Shown one piece after another: positions 10,101-19,304 of a DNA stretch of 64,000 nucleotides. Position 1 is the first letter of the stretch. Each line of letters starts with the position of its first letter. The position numbers were made by a program, and so were the translations under genes. This DNA is from a virus: the IMG/VR virus record IMGVR_UViG_3300030098_006630, positions 33,176-97,175 of that record; one strand, 5' to 3'. The notes beneath the pieces are model-generated. The model saw only the letters and a list, made by a program, of their open reading frames with translations. It was not told the DNA's origin and did no database searches.

Positions 10101-10491
10101 ACCTTCTACTTTTGAAAGTCGATTGGCATGGAAAGTGGAGAAACCTTTCCAGCGCGGAATCGTAGGACATCATCGCTGGCAGGATAATGATGGGTGCTTT
10201 ATAGAATTCTATTGCCTGGGGCGAGCATTAGGAATGACGTCGCCGGATGCATACTTCGCTGCTATTGGAGCCCTTGCAATGACTTCAGATAAGAATGCCA
10301 CAGGCGCTAAAAATGTAACATTCTTGCCGGATTATAAAAAAGCCAACTATGTAAAGACCGGGCGAGATATTTGGGGTAATAATGGCGATATTAACTGGAA
10401 ACAATGGATGAGCAGCATACCTCTGGCTCTTCCCAAAGACAGGGACAAGAAATACGAAACCGGAGTAGGAATTTATGAAAAATTTATTTAA
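7186..10491 (+). CDS. Virion-associated peptidoglycan hydrolase with peptidase M15-like and amidase_2-like domains joined by a Pro/Ala-rich linker (baseplate hub / gp5-like role)
   Basis: M15 zinc motif SQHKTGKAVDF...THWD; amidase motifs LVIHETG, HFY, ALHA, AIGYEV and IVGHH; low-complexity linker at about 8940-9400. Confidence 0.7.
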   Translation: MGTKSFRRALDEQRRGEDGLRFVSRALDLLAQKDEILDHGPFLAFVLRVEIQEGANPKTSDNDWLSMLQAQEATYQSSAGGTNKQGKLPNPVRGIKKMIVTARVAKDIFPRTKISSAPGSFPQPDIHAWIPFPQQFGNITEVDAVSNYYISQHTQFISESESVFEYGIPAPGSLVLVDWIKKGQDGPRMPIYKKPLRTGQSGTKSLNPDCDKEKNKSQTNPPPGGNKKQKTHPGNNKKGKVAPPPPAGFRNYPIYSHLTPRLRGKGIIQGNAASKNYFKSSQSLLNNINYLLASMQVMQYYVQDLALSGWIQKQFKICSTWPGVRAKVYYTGNGGATYKGHAKASQHKTGKAVDFGIKIFPVIDKNNAQHQQIMTDYVTAHHKRSFMKWRKKRKSRRRMSDADASIAFAKKGVKLSYDFAYAVIASLVVKGKIKDGGWGTYKNGSSRTGTNRPGKTYYDSYKNLSTVPVDSTHWDYKSNRRWMWVAVGSSKRVHWFKKYWKAWRKKNNLTKSQASKMKLWMKFQMDSNFTTPQVDSWYNALTVGAGAAFGQPIPSPETVLKYWTDNNLILRVKQKPYDKSSLKIKIPPVLPTPTSTSQVPPPASATPPVSTATVMPPPKQGPGTTGAQHRAMSMGNVGTPVGGGGGAASPAAAAAASAGAGVGNTAPGTAASKAGAAAAKIATKTTPKKSTPSQPNAECEESQTKSTSKSQTSKKNTNANKNQIAPGKSQPVANAPAGTIQYPSQKLEWQKKKYNTALKATMLVIHETGKSKPAYHVAKENFERSQKRKKDGAGWMHFYGGRAGEIIQQLPTNSPALHANWASTNAIGYEVCNLGAISSTSSLLSKTKINKLGYKILGPEGNVGGKLGNGKVKSLGLYPGKNYALPGEKQCLRVWETIKWLVGTSKPHPELALSIVFPAVLNDTAKTIGTGLHSSKLGGSSKEKVFVWGRFNPLKPPFYKNGNYMSSWKKGQPSTFESRLAWKVEKPFQRGIVGHHRWQDNDGCFIEFYCLGRALGMTSPDAYFAAIGALAMTSDKNATGAKNVTFLPDYKKANYVKTGRDIWGNNGDINWKQWMSSIPLALPKDRDKKYETGVGIYEKFI

Positions 10492-10508
10492 TATAAAGGA
10501 ACTTCAAC

Positions 10509-11459
10509 ATGGTCGAATTTAAACAAAACAACCCTTACGAAGGAATGGCAGAGCCCGAAAAGACAAATTTTTCCAGTCTTAATTCAAGCACAATACCACA
10601 CCAGACTGGGATTGCGGGAGCCGAATTAAAAGAAGCAATCGCGAGATTTAATCAGCTTCCTTGCGAGAAAGTTATTAAAGGAAAAAATGATGCTTTTATT
10701 GTACTAGGGAGAGACCGTACAGGAACTGCCCTACAAGGTAAAGGAATGGAGGGTGCACCAAAAAGCTCTGCTATCGACCTAGTGGTAGGTCGCTGGGGCG
10801 GCGCAGTGCCTGAAACGGATGCCGCCAATGAACACCTATATTTAGATCCTGAGTTTCATGAAGACGCAGCTCGAATATACATTTCTCAAAACACAGATAT
10901 CGACAAAAGTTTCGGACTGGCTGATGGAAAAGTTGGACATTACACTGACCGCTCCGCCATCGCGCTAAAGGCTGACGGCGTAAGAATAATTTCTAGAGAG
11001 GGAATAAAGTTAATCACTAAAAATGTGCCCGATATTGACGAAAAAAATTCAAAAAATATGTCCATTGAGGTCCCTCAGTTTGGAATCGATTTGATTGCCA
11101 ACAATAATGATGAAGATTTGCAGCCGTTGGTTAAAGGAAAAAATCTTGTTTTAGGTCTGAGGTCTTTAACTCGACATATCCATGCTTTAAATAACATAGT
11201 AAAGAATTTTTTAATATTTCAAATGAAATTCAATAGAGCAGTACAAGATCATGTACATGTAAGCCCTTTTTGGGGGGATGAGTGCGCTCCATCGGATAAT
11301 TTAAGCATGTTTGATGGACCTATAAACATGAAAAGCTTGCAAGAAATTGTGGATGAGGACACAAAAAAGTTCAAACGCAATTTGATTGGCTTTGAACTAA
11401 AGTATCTTAAAGATAGCGGTAAGAAATACATTAATAGTGAATATAACAATACAAATTAA
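10509..11459 (+). CDS. Putative baseplate central spike protein
   Basis: Beta-rich repeats (IVLGRDR, ARIYISQ, IALKADGVRIISRE), PLVKG..L and a C-terminal HVH metal-binding motif typical of spike tips. Baseplate gene context. Confidence 0.5.
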   Translation: MVEFKQNNPYEGMAEPEKTNFSSLNSSTIPHQTGIAGAELKEAIARFNQLPCEKVIKGKNDAFIVLGRDRTGTALQGKGMEGAPKSSAIDLVVGRWGGAVPETDAANEHLYLDPEFHEDAARIYISQNTDIDKSFGLADGKVGHYTDRSAIALKADGVRIISREGIKLITKNVPDIDEKNSKNMSIEVPQFGIDLIANNNDEDLQPLVKGKNLVLGLRSLTRHIHALNNIVKNFLIFQMKFNRAVQDHVHVSPFWGDECAPSDNLSMFDGPINMKSLQEIVDEDTKKFKRNLIGFELKYLKDSGKKYINSEYNNTN

Positions 11460-11502
11460 TTATTTTATGATATATAATGAAATTACTAAGTTAGGATAAA
11501 CA

Positions 11503-14500
11503 ATGGCAGAAATATTAGATTTTCTTGATAAACGAGTCACCAAAATAGAGGGCGAGTATGGAAACATGCTAGAGGTTTCTGAATACACCCCCGAAGAGAC
11601 TGCGGATAAATATTATATCTACGACATAGGATTCGAGGAAGATACTGGACCCGTAGTGAACGCTTCTGATAATTTAAATTATTGGTTCTCGCAAGATTCT
11701 ACAGATGCTAAAGCCCCATATCATTTGAAAAATTATACTTTAGTGGCGTGGGATGGGGTTAGATATTTTCTTAACAATAGTGAAAATAGATGGGTCGGAA
11801 AAATTACCGTAGTTGATAAAAGTAAAGAATATGCTAGACAACCCGAGGAGCCAGATTATTTAAAAGATTTTAGCGGAGGCTGGTCAACTGTCGAAGATAT
11901 ACCTGATTTTGATAAACAAGACAGTTTCTGGAAAAATACCTGGTACGAGCCTACTGTCGTCCCAGATGCTAAAATTTTAAGAACGATAGGCAAGCCAACC
12001 AGGGGCGTTGAATATTGGATAGATCTTAGCAAGATGCTTACCGTAGGACCAAGTGACTTTCAAGAAAGCAATTCTTTGGTAGTAAAAGATGTCATATTAG
12101 ACAATGCAGAGGATTTAGAGTCCTTAGATCGTTCTACTCCTTGGCGAGACTCGCCAGACAATACAATATATCAGGATACTTTAAATTATTATGTTCATGT
12201 AAATTCGTATAAAAAAACTATCCCGCTTGAATCTCAAGATGCAGACCGCAAGAAATTTTTTCGGCAATTTGTTATCAATGCAGTAGAGGTCTTAGCAGAC
12301 AAGCAACACAGAAACATTTCTCAAGCAAATGCAGAATCAATAGCCAATTATCTTGTAAAGTTGCCCCGAAAGGACGTTTTTACTACCAGTATAAAACCGA
12401 GACCTAATTCATTTTGGAAAGCCTTGGTTAAAATACCGAGAGCATATATTGATCCTTATGAAATTGTTCCAAAGGTTCAATCTACGCATGTAGGAGTCTT
12501 TAGATCTTGGCACGACTTAGAAGAAAGTTATAAGAAAGTAATTAAATATTTCAATAAGTTAATCCCTCTTGTTGAACAAAACACCGTCAGATTAGACATG
12601 AAGCAGGAAATAAAATTTTTAGAAAAGGTGTGGACTAATCTTGCATCTATTAAACAAGCTCCTGTACTTCAAGAAGGCACTATTAGATACTATGGCGCTA
12701 AACAACCATCTAATATTCAAATAACTGATGATACAATCGTAAAATTTGCGTTCAACAGGCGTAATAATTTTTCTCTTGAAAATATAGAAATTGTGAATCA
12801 AATGGAAGGCTCCGGCGTCGTAAGTATTACTGAACGAATTTTACGAGCAATGATAGATCTCAATAAATCTGGCATTAAAAATAATGACGTTTTTAAACGA
12901 GCCCGAACAATGATTTATTTGATGAATTTAGATCTCATGGCTCGCGACATAGATGATAAGGCTTTCGGTGGAGAAAACAAATGGATTGATTTTTTGTTCA
13001 AATACACCTACAAAATGCCTGATTTTCTTCCTTCTAACACTGACTTTGATAAAATAAATTTTCAAAATAATGAAGTGACATCGTTCTTAAACAAGATAGA
13101 CCGAGCTTTAGACGGACCAAAGACTTTATTTTCCAACAACAAAATAATGAGAGAAATATCTCCCGATGTTAGGGGGCTTTTAGCAGACGTTAAAAAGTCG
13201 GTCTATTCCAAGATAGAAGATCCTACTTTACAAAAAATATTTCAGACAATCGATGGGGTTAATTCGTTAGAATCTTTATATAGCGATGTACTAAACAAGG
13301 CACCTATTGATAAGCTAATAGAAATGGGAAGACAAGTTGCAGACCCTATAGCTAAGCAGCAAATGTTTATGAAGAAGTCGTCACTCTTAAAGTCCCAAGC
13401 AAGGCTAAGCGAAGGGCGTTTGGAAAATTTAAGAGGGAAAAAATCTTTACGCAAAGTGCAGGTTACAACACCTCAAGAGAAAGCCATCACGGACCTTACC
13501 GGGCAACAGCCCGACATGATTATGAAGGCTATTGAGGAGCTTTTTGTAGAGGGCTTGTGTAATAATATAAAACACATTATCAAGACCATTAGGAGAATGG
13601 CATTTTCTCCTACCACCACTCAAGATACGAAAGATTTTGGAAAGCTTAATATTCAAGATACTGTAAAAGAAAGTCAAGATGAAATAATAAAAAATATCTT
13701 GAATTCCATACCCGAGGGAAAAGATTTAGATTTATTTGATGTCAAAAAGATACTTACAATAATTTCAGAAAATTGCATTCCTAGAGAGATTGTGGCTCTT
13801 GTCGAAGGTGAGGCTTCCTTACCTGTTTTAGAGATTTTAGGATACTTGATCGGTTATGAGTTTCCCATTCTAGGAGCGAGGCTCGATAGTGTTTATGATA
13901 TAGAAGAGTTTTTAGCGTTGATATTGAAGCCATTAAGAGAGCAAATAATTCAAGCTACTGCCAAAATCGAGCTGGACCGAAAAGATGAAGAAGAAAAGGC
14001 TACCTATTGTGCGCCTGATTATGAAGAAGTGACTAATCATCTCGTAGACCGCTTCCCTGAAGATATTGCTAGAGCAGCTATGGACGGCGAAAAAAGCAGC
14101 AAGATTGATTTTTTAAATCTCTTGAATGACATCGACAGTGCACTTAATAAAGATATAAATGAATTTATTTTTGGAAATAAGCTGGATTCAATTTTAAATC
14201 AAATTATGACAGAAGATCAAGGTTCTTCTTTTCTCACTAGCATGGTTATAGAGAGCTTTTTCTCTCCTTTCATAAGAAATTTTTCTATCGAGGGTTTAAA
14301 TATTTCAACTTTCTTCTTAGAACCGCAGCTGGTAGATAAAAACCCTTCAGATACCACCTCTAGAACAGTTTCCCCTCCTGAAATTACATCTAGAATTGGG
14401 GAATTGACAGCGGAAAGAGATTCTTTAGTTTTAAAGAGAGACTCTTTAGATAAAGACGATAACAAAGCACAACGAAAGAAACTAAAAGAACAAATCGACA

Positions 14501-17500
14501 ATATAAATTCTTTTTTAGAAGCAACTACGAATTCCAAAAAAGTTGTCTTGGGATTAAAAAATAGAGTACAATTTTTAAAAGACGTATTTGCAGAAGGGGT
14601 AGGTACATGGACAAGAACCTCGACAGACCCCATAACATATATTCTATCTATCCCTCTTACACAAGAAGACGAAGCCGGAACTTCCAGTTTTATAGAAATG
14701 AAGATATATCCGATGGAGGAGGTTTATCAAATAGATCCTGATAAACCTTTAGCTTATGATGCTTCCTGGAAGAAGCCTGGTAATTTTCAAGAAAAAGATT
14801 CAGTTAGGATAGAAATAAGAGCAGTTATTACTGACACAGTAGTTGTAGAAAGTAGCAGCATCATAAACACTCGTGAATTATCTATATATGACTTCATATC
14901 CAACGACGATACCGGACATACCATTCAAGCTTCTGCTTTCTCTAACATTATTAAGGCGCAGATAAAAGATTATTTTCCTGACTATATCTGGACAGAGGGT
15001 TTAGGAGAAGAAGAAGAACTTGATGTAGGAAACGCATATAAACTTCAACAGTTGATAAATGATTTTAAAAGTTATTTATTTGATCTGCTAAACCAGCAAT
15101 TATTAAAACTTGTATCTAAAGAAGCCTCCAAGTCTTCCTTTTTTAAAGAAAGCGTACTGTCACAACTTAGGATTGCTTCATTACCAGGAGATGCAGAAGC
15201 AGGACCTCCTCCTCTCTGCGGCGAAGAATATAGTGAAGAAGTGGTTCCGCCCGCAGACAGGTCGTTGTTCCCAGAGCTTTTTGATTTAGATGATATTGTA
15301 GAAAATGTTAAGACTCGAAAAACGTATTTTGATGTTTTGGCTGCGACTGGTCACACAGGGGGCGTCCCCAATCGCTCGTCTTTAGATAATGCAATAATTT
15401 TTGAATCTTTAGAATTGCTAATGCAAGTAATTTGCTTAGAGTTTTTACTTAGTGGAATATCCATCTATGGCGAGGTTAGCTTAGAAACTTTTATAAAAGA
15501 AAAAAATAATTTTAAAATTTTGCAAGATGTTTTAGATTTTTCTCTTGAAAGCCTTGGTGGCGACTTTACTGGAGCTTTCTATAATGTTGTAGATGAATAT
15601 GCTACTCTTCGACAAGAAGTGGCTTTTGAGGCATCTGTTATGCCGCCTATGCCTCTTTTTGCACCTGCAACACCGGACGGTAGCATTACTCCTTCAGTTA
15701 GAGATGAAATAGTGAAATTTTGTCTTACCGAGGCTTTGGAAGAAATCTTTCCCATCTTCCAAAGCATTGTTCAGGTTTTTTCTGCTAGTGATAAATTATC
15801 GGCTAATGAGTTGTTAGATATTGTTCCAAATATGGACACCGCCCCACAAACCATATCAAATACAGTAAGATTTGATTTTAATGACGAAAAAATAAAAGAT
15901 GTGTATGATTTTGGAGGAATCGTAGTAGAGAAGTATATTAAAGCCATCTACACGCCCCCCGCAGGACTAGAAGATAAAAGCTGGTATCACCCTGCTCATT
16001 CTGCCTTGCACAAAATGCTAATAATAGATCCTCAAACTCCTTCTTCTTATGTTCAAGATGAATCTGGTCAATGGATTGAGAAAGAAGGCTCTCCTGTGAG
16101 CGCAGCCAGAAATATAAAAATTGAGGAATGGTTAGCAAGTAGAAATCAAGAATTGAACCTTAATCAAAACCCTCCTTACATGGCAGGGGTATCGTGGGAA
16201 AGTAAAAAGAAAGCCGAACGATTAAAGTCTTGGTTAGATATATTCTCTGAACAAGGATTGGAAGGAATTGAAAAGCTTAATATTGCGGGTTATCAAGAAT
16301 TTGTAATTGAGTTAAACGCTTTTGATTATTCGTCGCTAAAAAACAACGAATTTTATCCTATCGGAGGCAAAACAGGTGTTGTAAATTTAAAATCTTTTGA
16401 GTTGCTTCAACAACAAATTAATGATTATAATGCCCCTTTTATAGAAGAGTCACAAGACAAATTGGATCTTTTAACCAGCGCTTCGACATTTAAGAATAAT
16501 TTTTTAGCTCTAAAACAAGAAAAAGAACTTCATCTTTTAACGCTAGAAACTTTAGGCGCTCAGCTGGATGAATACTTAATGGACTACTTAAACACATTTA
16601 GAGACGATGGCGCTAACAAAGGAAAAGAATATATTGTTCAACACGGAACGTTCACGTTCGACGCAGAACCTTCAATGGATGAAGACCCTAGAATTTTTTC
16701 GGATAAAGTTATATTTGAATGGATCTCGGGAGATTCGCCTTATTATCATTCTTTAACAAAAATATTAGAAGGAGGACCAGTACAAAAAAATACTGAAGAG
16801 TGGTGGGGGTTAGAATATCCTGGATATGAATTGGCTCAAAAATACTGGACAGCTGTTCTTGCTATGACTGGTCTACAACAAAATGCATGGCTTGTATCAG
16901 GTTATGATATGGACACGGTGACAAATCTTTTCAAAGCTCAGATGGAAAGTTATCTTAAAGGTGATAAATACATGGCAGAGAATGACCCGTTTCTTTTTGG
17001 TCACGTAAAAAAATTACAACAATTCTTTTTTCTAAATCCTCTTTTTGGCAAGATGATTTCTACCCTTGTAGGTGGAGCTTACTATTCTGATTACACCGGT
17101 TTTGAAAACTCAACCGCCGCCGGAGATCTTTTTGATCCAGCGGGAATTCTTGGAGGAATATCTAGTTTAATTCAAGCTGTTGATAATCAAGGAACTGAAG
17201 CCTATACTGACGACCTGGAGCAAGGAGGAATGGCAGAGACGACTTCTGTCTCAACTTCTTACTATGATGGATTGATAGAGTATTATGAGAATAGAATAGA
17301 TCCTATCTGGCGCAAATGGAGCGAAACTCTCCATTATCTCTTAAACCCTCCAGAGGCAGCTTTAGAGAAATTTAATTACTGGGACACTCAAAAGAAAATA
17401 ACTGAAAAAAGAATAGAATGGTTCGAAAAAAACATGGAAGCCATGAAGACGATATATACACAATTTCTTTCTGCACAACAAGCAGTATTGACAACCAGTC

Positions 17501-18849
17501 AAGCGATGTCTTCGTTACTTGCGGAAGCTGAAGTTAATTTTGAGTCGGACATTGATGACTCTAGCCGAGCTTACGAGCTTTATACTGACCCTACACAATG
17601 GTTTGAAAATGCCGAGTTTATTAGACAATACCTTCTAGATAAAGCGGAAAAAGAAAAAAATAACAATGTCATTATGGGTGATTATAAGAAATATTTTGGT
17701 TCTTTAAAATATGGAATTAGGATTTCTTATGTTTTTCCGAACTTTGAAGATATTAGTGTTCCCTTCGGTCTCCAGCATAAATTACAGGCAATACTTCCCA
17801 GCCTCTCAGAAGATAAAGCTAGGTTGGCGGAAATTAAAGAGAATCTTAATGAACTGTTTAACGAACCTACGCATAGCAGAAATATCTTTCATAAAGCTTT
17901 TAAATTGGAAGAAAAGCTCTTAAGTAATACTGGAGTTCAAACAACTAAGATTAATTTATTGCCTCTGGTTACTTACGAAGAGGACATAGATAATTTCCTT
18001 TTTTCCGATGAGGAACAAACGGGACCTACTGTACTAGAAGGTCTCTCTGTTCCTATCGAAAATATGGACATTTCAAATGAAAAATCCTTTCCTTTTAAAG
18101 AATTAAAACAATCTTTGATGGAGACACCTGGATATAGAGGGATTTTTGGAGAGTGCATGTATTATGGAGAATTAATTAACTGTCTAGGACTCTTCAGCAG
18201 TTTGGTTATTTTAAAAGACTTCTACAACACATCGCAATCAGGGATATTTTCAGGTACAAAAATTAACTTAAAAAACATCATGGAAGGGGTTATGGAACAA
18301 AGAGATTTTAGAGCCAAATCCGCAGATTTAACTCCATTGGAAAAAATGAAAAACAACTTCCTTTCCCTGTCGAATGTGGCGGAGAATCCACGCGGAGAAG
18401 GGAAAGACCCTCCCAATAAATCAGGATATGCTGCTGTTTTTGCTGCCAAGACCGCGTTAAAAATTCTAAAAGGAGTTGTAGAGACAACTGACCCAGCTAT
18501 TATTCAAGGTAAAAAGCTTCAATCAGCTCTAGTGGGAGCGATAAATGCTTCTAAAGATATATCTCAGACTTTAGCACAGATCACTGGTAACGAGATCCCC
18601 TCCAGCGATTCAGATAGCTTTTCGCAAGCCGAAAAAACACTTGTTAATGATGCCATGCTTGGACCCGTCGTCTTTATTGGAGTAAGACCTTTCCCGCCCA
18701 TTCCTTTCCCGGTAGGGAATCCTATATTCCCCCTTACAGCCGCTGGAGCCACATATTTAGCTTTAACGACTGCCATGTCTTTAGGCGACTTGACAGGAGA
18801 AAAGAAATCTAAAGCTGAAAAAGATGAACCTTATTGCGTAGAAGGATAG
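11503..18849 (+). CDS. Giant (2448 aa), mostly helical and acidic protein of unknown function, probably virion/baseplate-associated
   Basis: Uninterrupted ORF with an AGGA SD, lying between the spike-like gene and gp25. No recognisable catalytic motif. Confidence 0.55.
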   Translation: MAEILDFLDKRVTKIEGEYGNMLEVSEYTPEETADKYYIYDIGFEEDTGPVVNASDNLNYWFSQDSTDAKAPYHLKNYTLVAWDGVRYFLNNSENRWVGKITVVDKSKEYARQPEEPDYLKDFSGGWSTVEDIPDFDKQDSFWKNTWYEPTVVPDAKILRTIGKPTRGVEYWIDLSKMLTVGPSDFQESNSLVVKDVILDNAEDLESLDRSTPWRDSPDNTIYQDTLNYYVHVNSYKKTIPLESQDADRKKFFRQFVINAVEVLADKQHRNISQANAESIANYLVKLPRKDVFTTSIKPRPNSFWKALVKIPRAYIDPYEIVPKVQSTHVGVFRSWHDLEESYKKVIKYFNKLIPLVEQNTVRLDMKQEIKFLEKVWTNLASIKQAPVLQEGTIRYYGAKQPSNIQITDDTIVKFAFNRRNNFSLENIEIVNQMEGSGVVSITERILRAMIDLNKSGIKNNDVFKRARTMIYLMNLDLMARDIDDKAFGGENKWIDFLFKYTYKMPDFLPSNTDFDKINFQNNEVTSFLNKIDRALDGPKTLFSNNKIMREISPDVRGLLADVKKSVYSKIEDPTLQKIFQTIDGVNSLESLYSDVLNKAPIDKLIEMGRQVADPIAKQQMFMKKSSLLKSQARLSEGRLENLRGKKSLRKVQVTTPQEKAITDLTGQQPDMIMKAIEELFVEGLCNNIKHIIKTIRRMAFSPTTTQDTKDFGKLNIQDTVKESQDEIIKNILNSIPEGKDLDLFDVKKILTIISENCIPREIVALVEGEASLPVLEILGYLIGYEFPILGARLDSVYDIEEFLALILKPLREQIIQATAKIELDRKDEEEKATYCAPDYEEVTNHLVDRFPEDIARAAMDGEKSSKIDFLNLLNDIDSALNKDINEFIFGNKLDSILNQIMTEDQGSSFLTSMVIESFFSPFIRNFSIEGLNISTFFLEPQLVDKNPSDTTSRTVSPPEITSRIGELTAERDSLVLKRDSLDKDDNKAQRKKLKEQIDNINSFLEATTNSKKVVLGLKNRVQFLKDVFAEGVGTWTRTSTDPITYILSIPLTQEDEAGTSSFIEMKIYPMEEVYQIDPDKPLAYDASWKKPGNFQEKDSVRIEIRAVITDTVVVESSSIINTRELSIYDFISNDDTGHTIQASAFSNIIKAQIKDYFPDYIWTEGLGEEEELDVGNAYKLQQLINDFKSYLFDLLNQQLLKLVSKEASKSSFFKESVLSQLRIASLPGDAEAGPPPLCGEEYSEEVVPPADRSLFPELFDLDDIVENVKTRKTYFDVLAATGHTGGVPNRSSLDNAIIFESLELLMQVICLEFLLSGISIYGEVSLETFIKEKNNFKILQDVLDFSLESLGGDFTGAFYNVVDEYATLRQEVAFEASVMPPMPLFAPATPDGSITPSVRDEIVKFCLTEALEEIFPIFQSIVQVFSASDKLSANELLDIVPNMDTAPQTISNTVRFDFNDEKIKDVYDFGGIVVEKYIKAIYTPPAGLEDKSWYHPAHSALHKMLIIDPQTPSSYVQDESGQWIEKEGSPVSAARNIKIEEWLASRNQELNLNQNPPYMAGVSWESKKKAERLKSWLDIFSEQGLEGIEKLNIAGYQEFVIELNAFDYSSLKNNEFYPIGGKTGVVNLKSFELLQQQINDYNAPFIEESQDKLDLLTSASTFKNNFLALKQEKELHLLTLETLGAQLDEYLMDYLNTFRDDGANKGKEYIVQHGTFTFDAEPSMDEDPRIFSDKVIFEWISGDSPYYHSLTKILEGGPVQKNTEEWWGLEYPGYELAQKYWTAVLAMTGLQQNAWLVSGYDMDTVTNLFKAQMESYLKGDKYMAENDPFLFGHVKKLQQFFFLNPLFGKMISTLVGGAYYSDYTGFENSTAAGDLFDPAGILGGISSLIQAVDNQGTEAYTDDLEQGGMAETTSVSTSYYDGLIEYYENRIDPIWRKWSETLHYLLNPPEAALEKFNYWDTQKKITEKRIEWFEKNMEAMKTIYTQFLSAQQAVLTTSQAMSSLLAEAEVNFESDIDDSSRAYELYTDPTQWFENAEFIRQYLLDKAEKEKNNNVIMGDYKKYFGSLKYGIRISYVFPNFEDISVPFGLQHKLQAILPSLSEDKARLAEIKENLNELFNEPTHSRNIFHKAFKLEEKLLSNTGVQTTKINLLPLVTYEEDIDNFLFSDEEQTGPTVLEGLSVPIENMDISNEKSFPFKELKQSLMETPGYRGIFGECMYYGELINCLGLFSSLVILKDFYNTSQSGIFSGTKINLKNIMEGVMEQRDFRAKSADLTPLEKMKNNFLSLSNVAENPRGEGKDPPNKSGYAAVFAAKTALKILKGVVETTDPAIIQGKKLQSALVGAINASKDISQTLAQITGNEIPSSDSDSFSQAEKTLVNDAMLGPVVFIGVRPFPPIPFPVGNPIFPLTAAGATYLALTTAMSLGDLTGEKKSKAEKDEPYCVEG

Positions 18850-18910
18850 GTTTTGGAAGTAATAAGGGTAATATTTTTTATAAATCTAATTAGTTAATAG
18901 AGGAATCATC

Positions 18911-19291
18911 ATGGGCAACAAAGGCTATTCTCCATCATTACCATTAAGGGCTTTCCCGGTTCATTACAAGATGATCGATAATATTGGAGCGAATATCCGA
19001 CAAAATTTAAAAAACCTTATTTTAACTATACCTGGAGAAAGAGTAATGATGCCTGAATTTGGTGTAGGTTTAAAACAATTTATTTTTGAAAACAACAAAC
19101 AAGACATTGCTGCCGAAATCGACGGAGCTATTAGAGATGCTGTAGAGGAATATATGCCTTTTGTAGAAATTATATATATTGATTTCCCAACAGCTAACAA
19201 CGGCGAACTTATAGATGAAGAAAATCTTTTTATTGTGATATCCTATGCCGTACCTCCTCTGAATTTACAAGATAATCTAATTATTACATAA
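18911..19291 (+). CDS. Baseplate wedge subunit, T4 gp25-like
   Basis: IRQNLKNLILTIPGERVMMPEFGVGL...FE...I..A...YMPFV signature. Confidence 0.95.
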   Translation: MGNKGYSPSLPLRAFPVHYKMIDNIGANIRQNLKNLILTIPGERVMMPEFGVGLKQFIFENNKQDIAAEIDGAIRDAVEEYMPFVEIIYIDFPTANNGELIDEENLFIVISYAVPPLNLQDNLIIT

Positions 19292-19304
19292 CGGAAAGAC
19301 AAAG

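Noticed and set aside
11503-18849. Tape-measure protein or virion RNA polymerase
   Set aside because: I saw no tape-measure-type periodic repeats or Ala/Gly-rich composition, and no DxDGD polymerase motif. Left as unknown.
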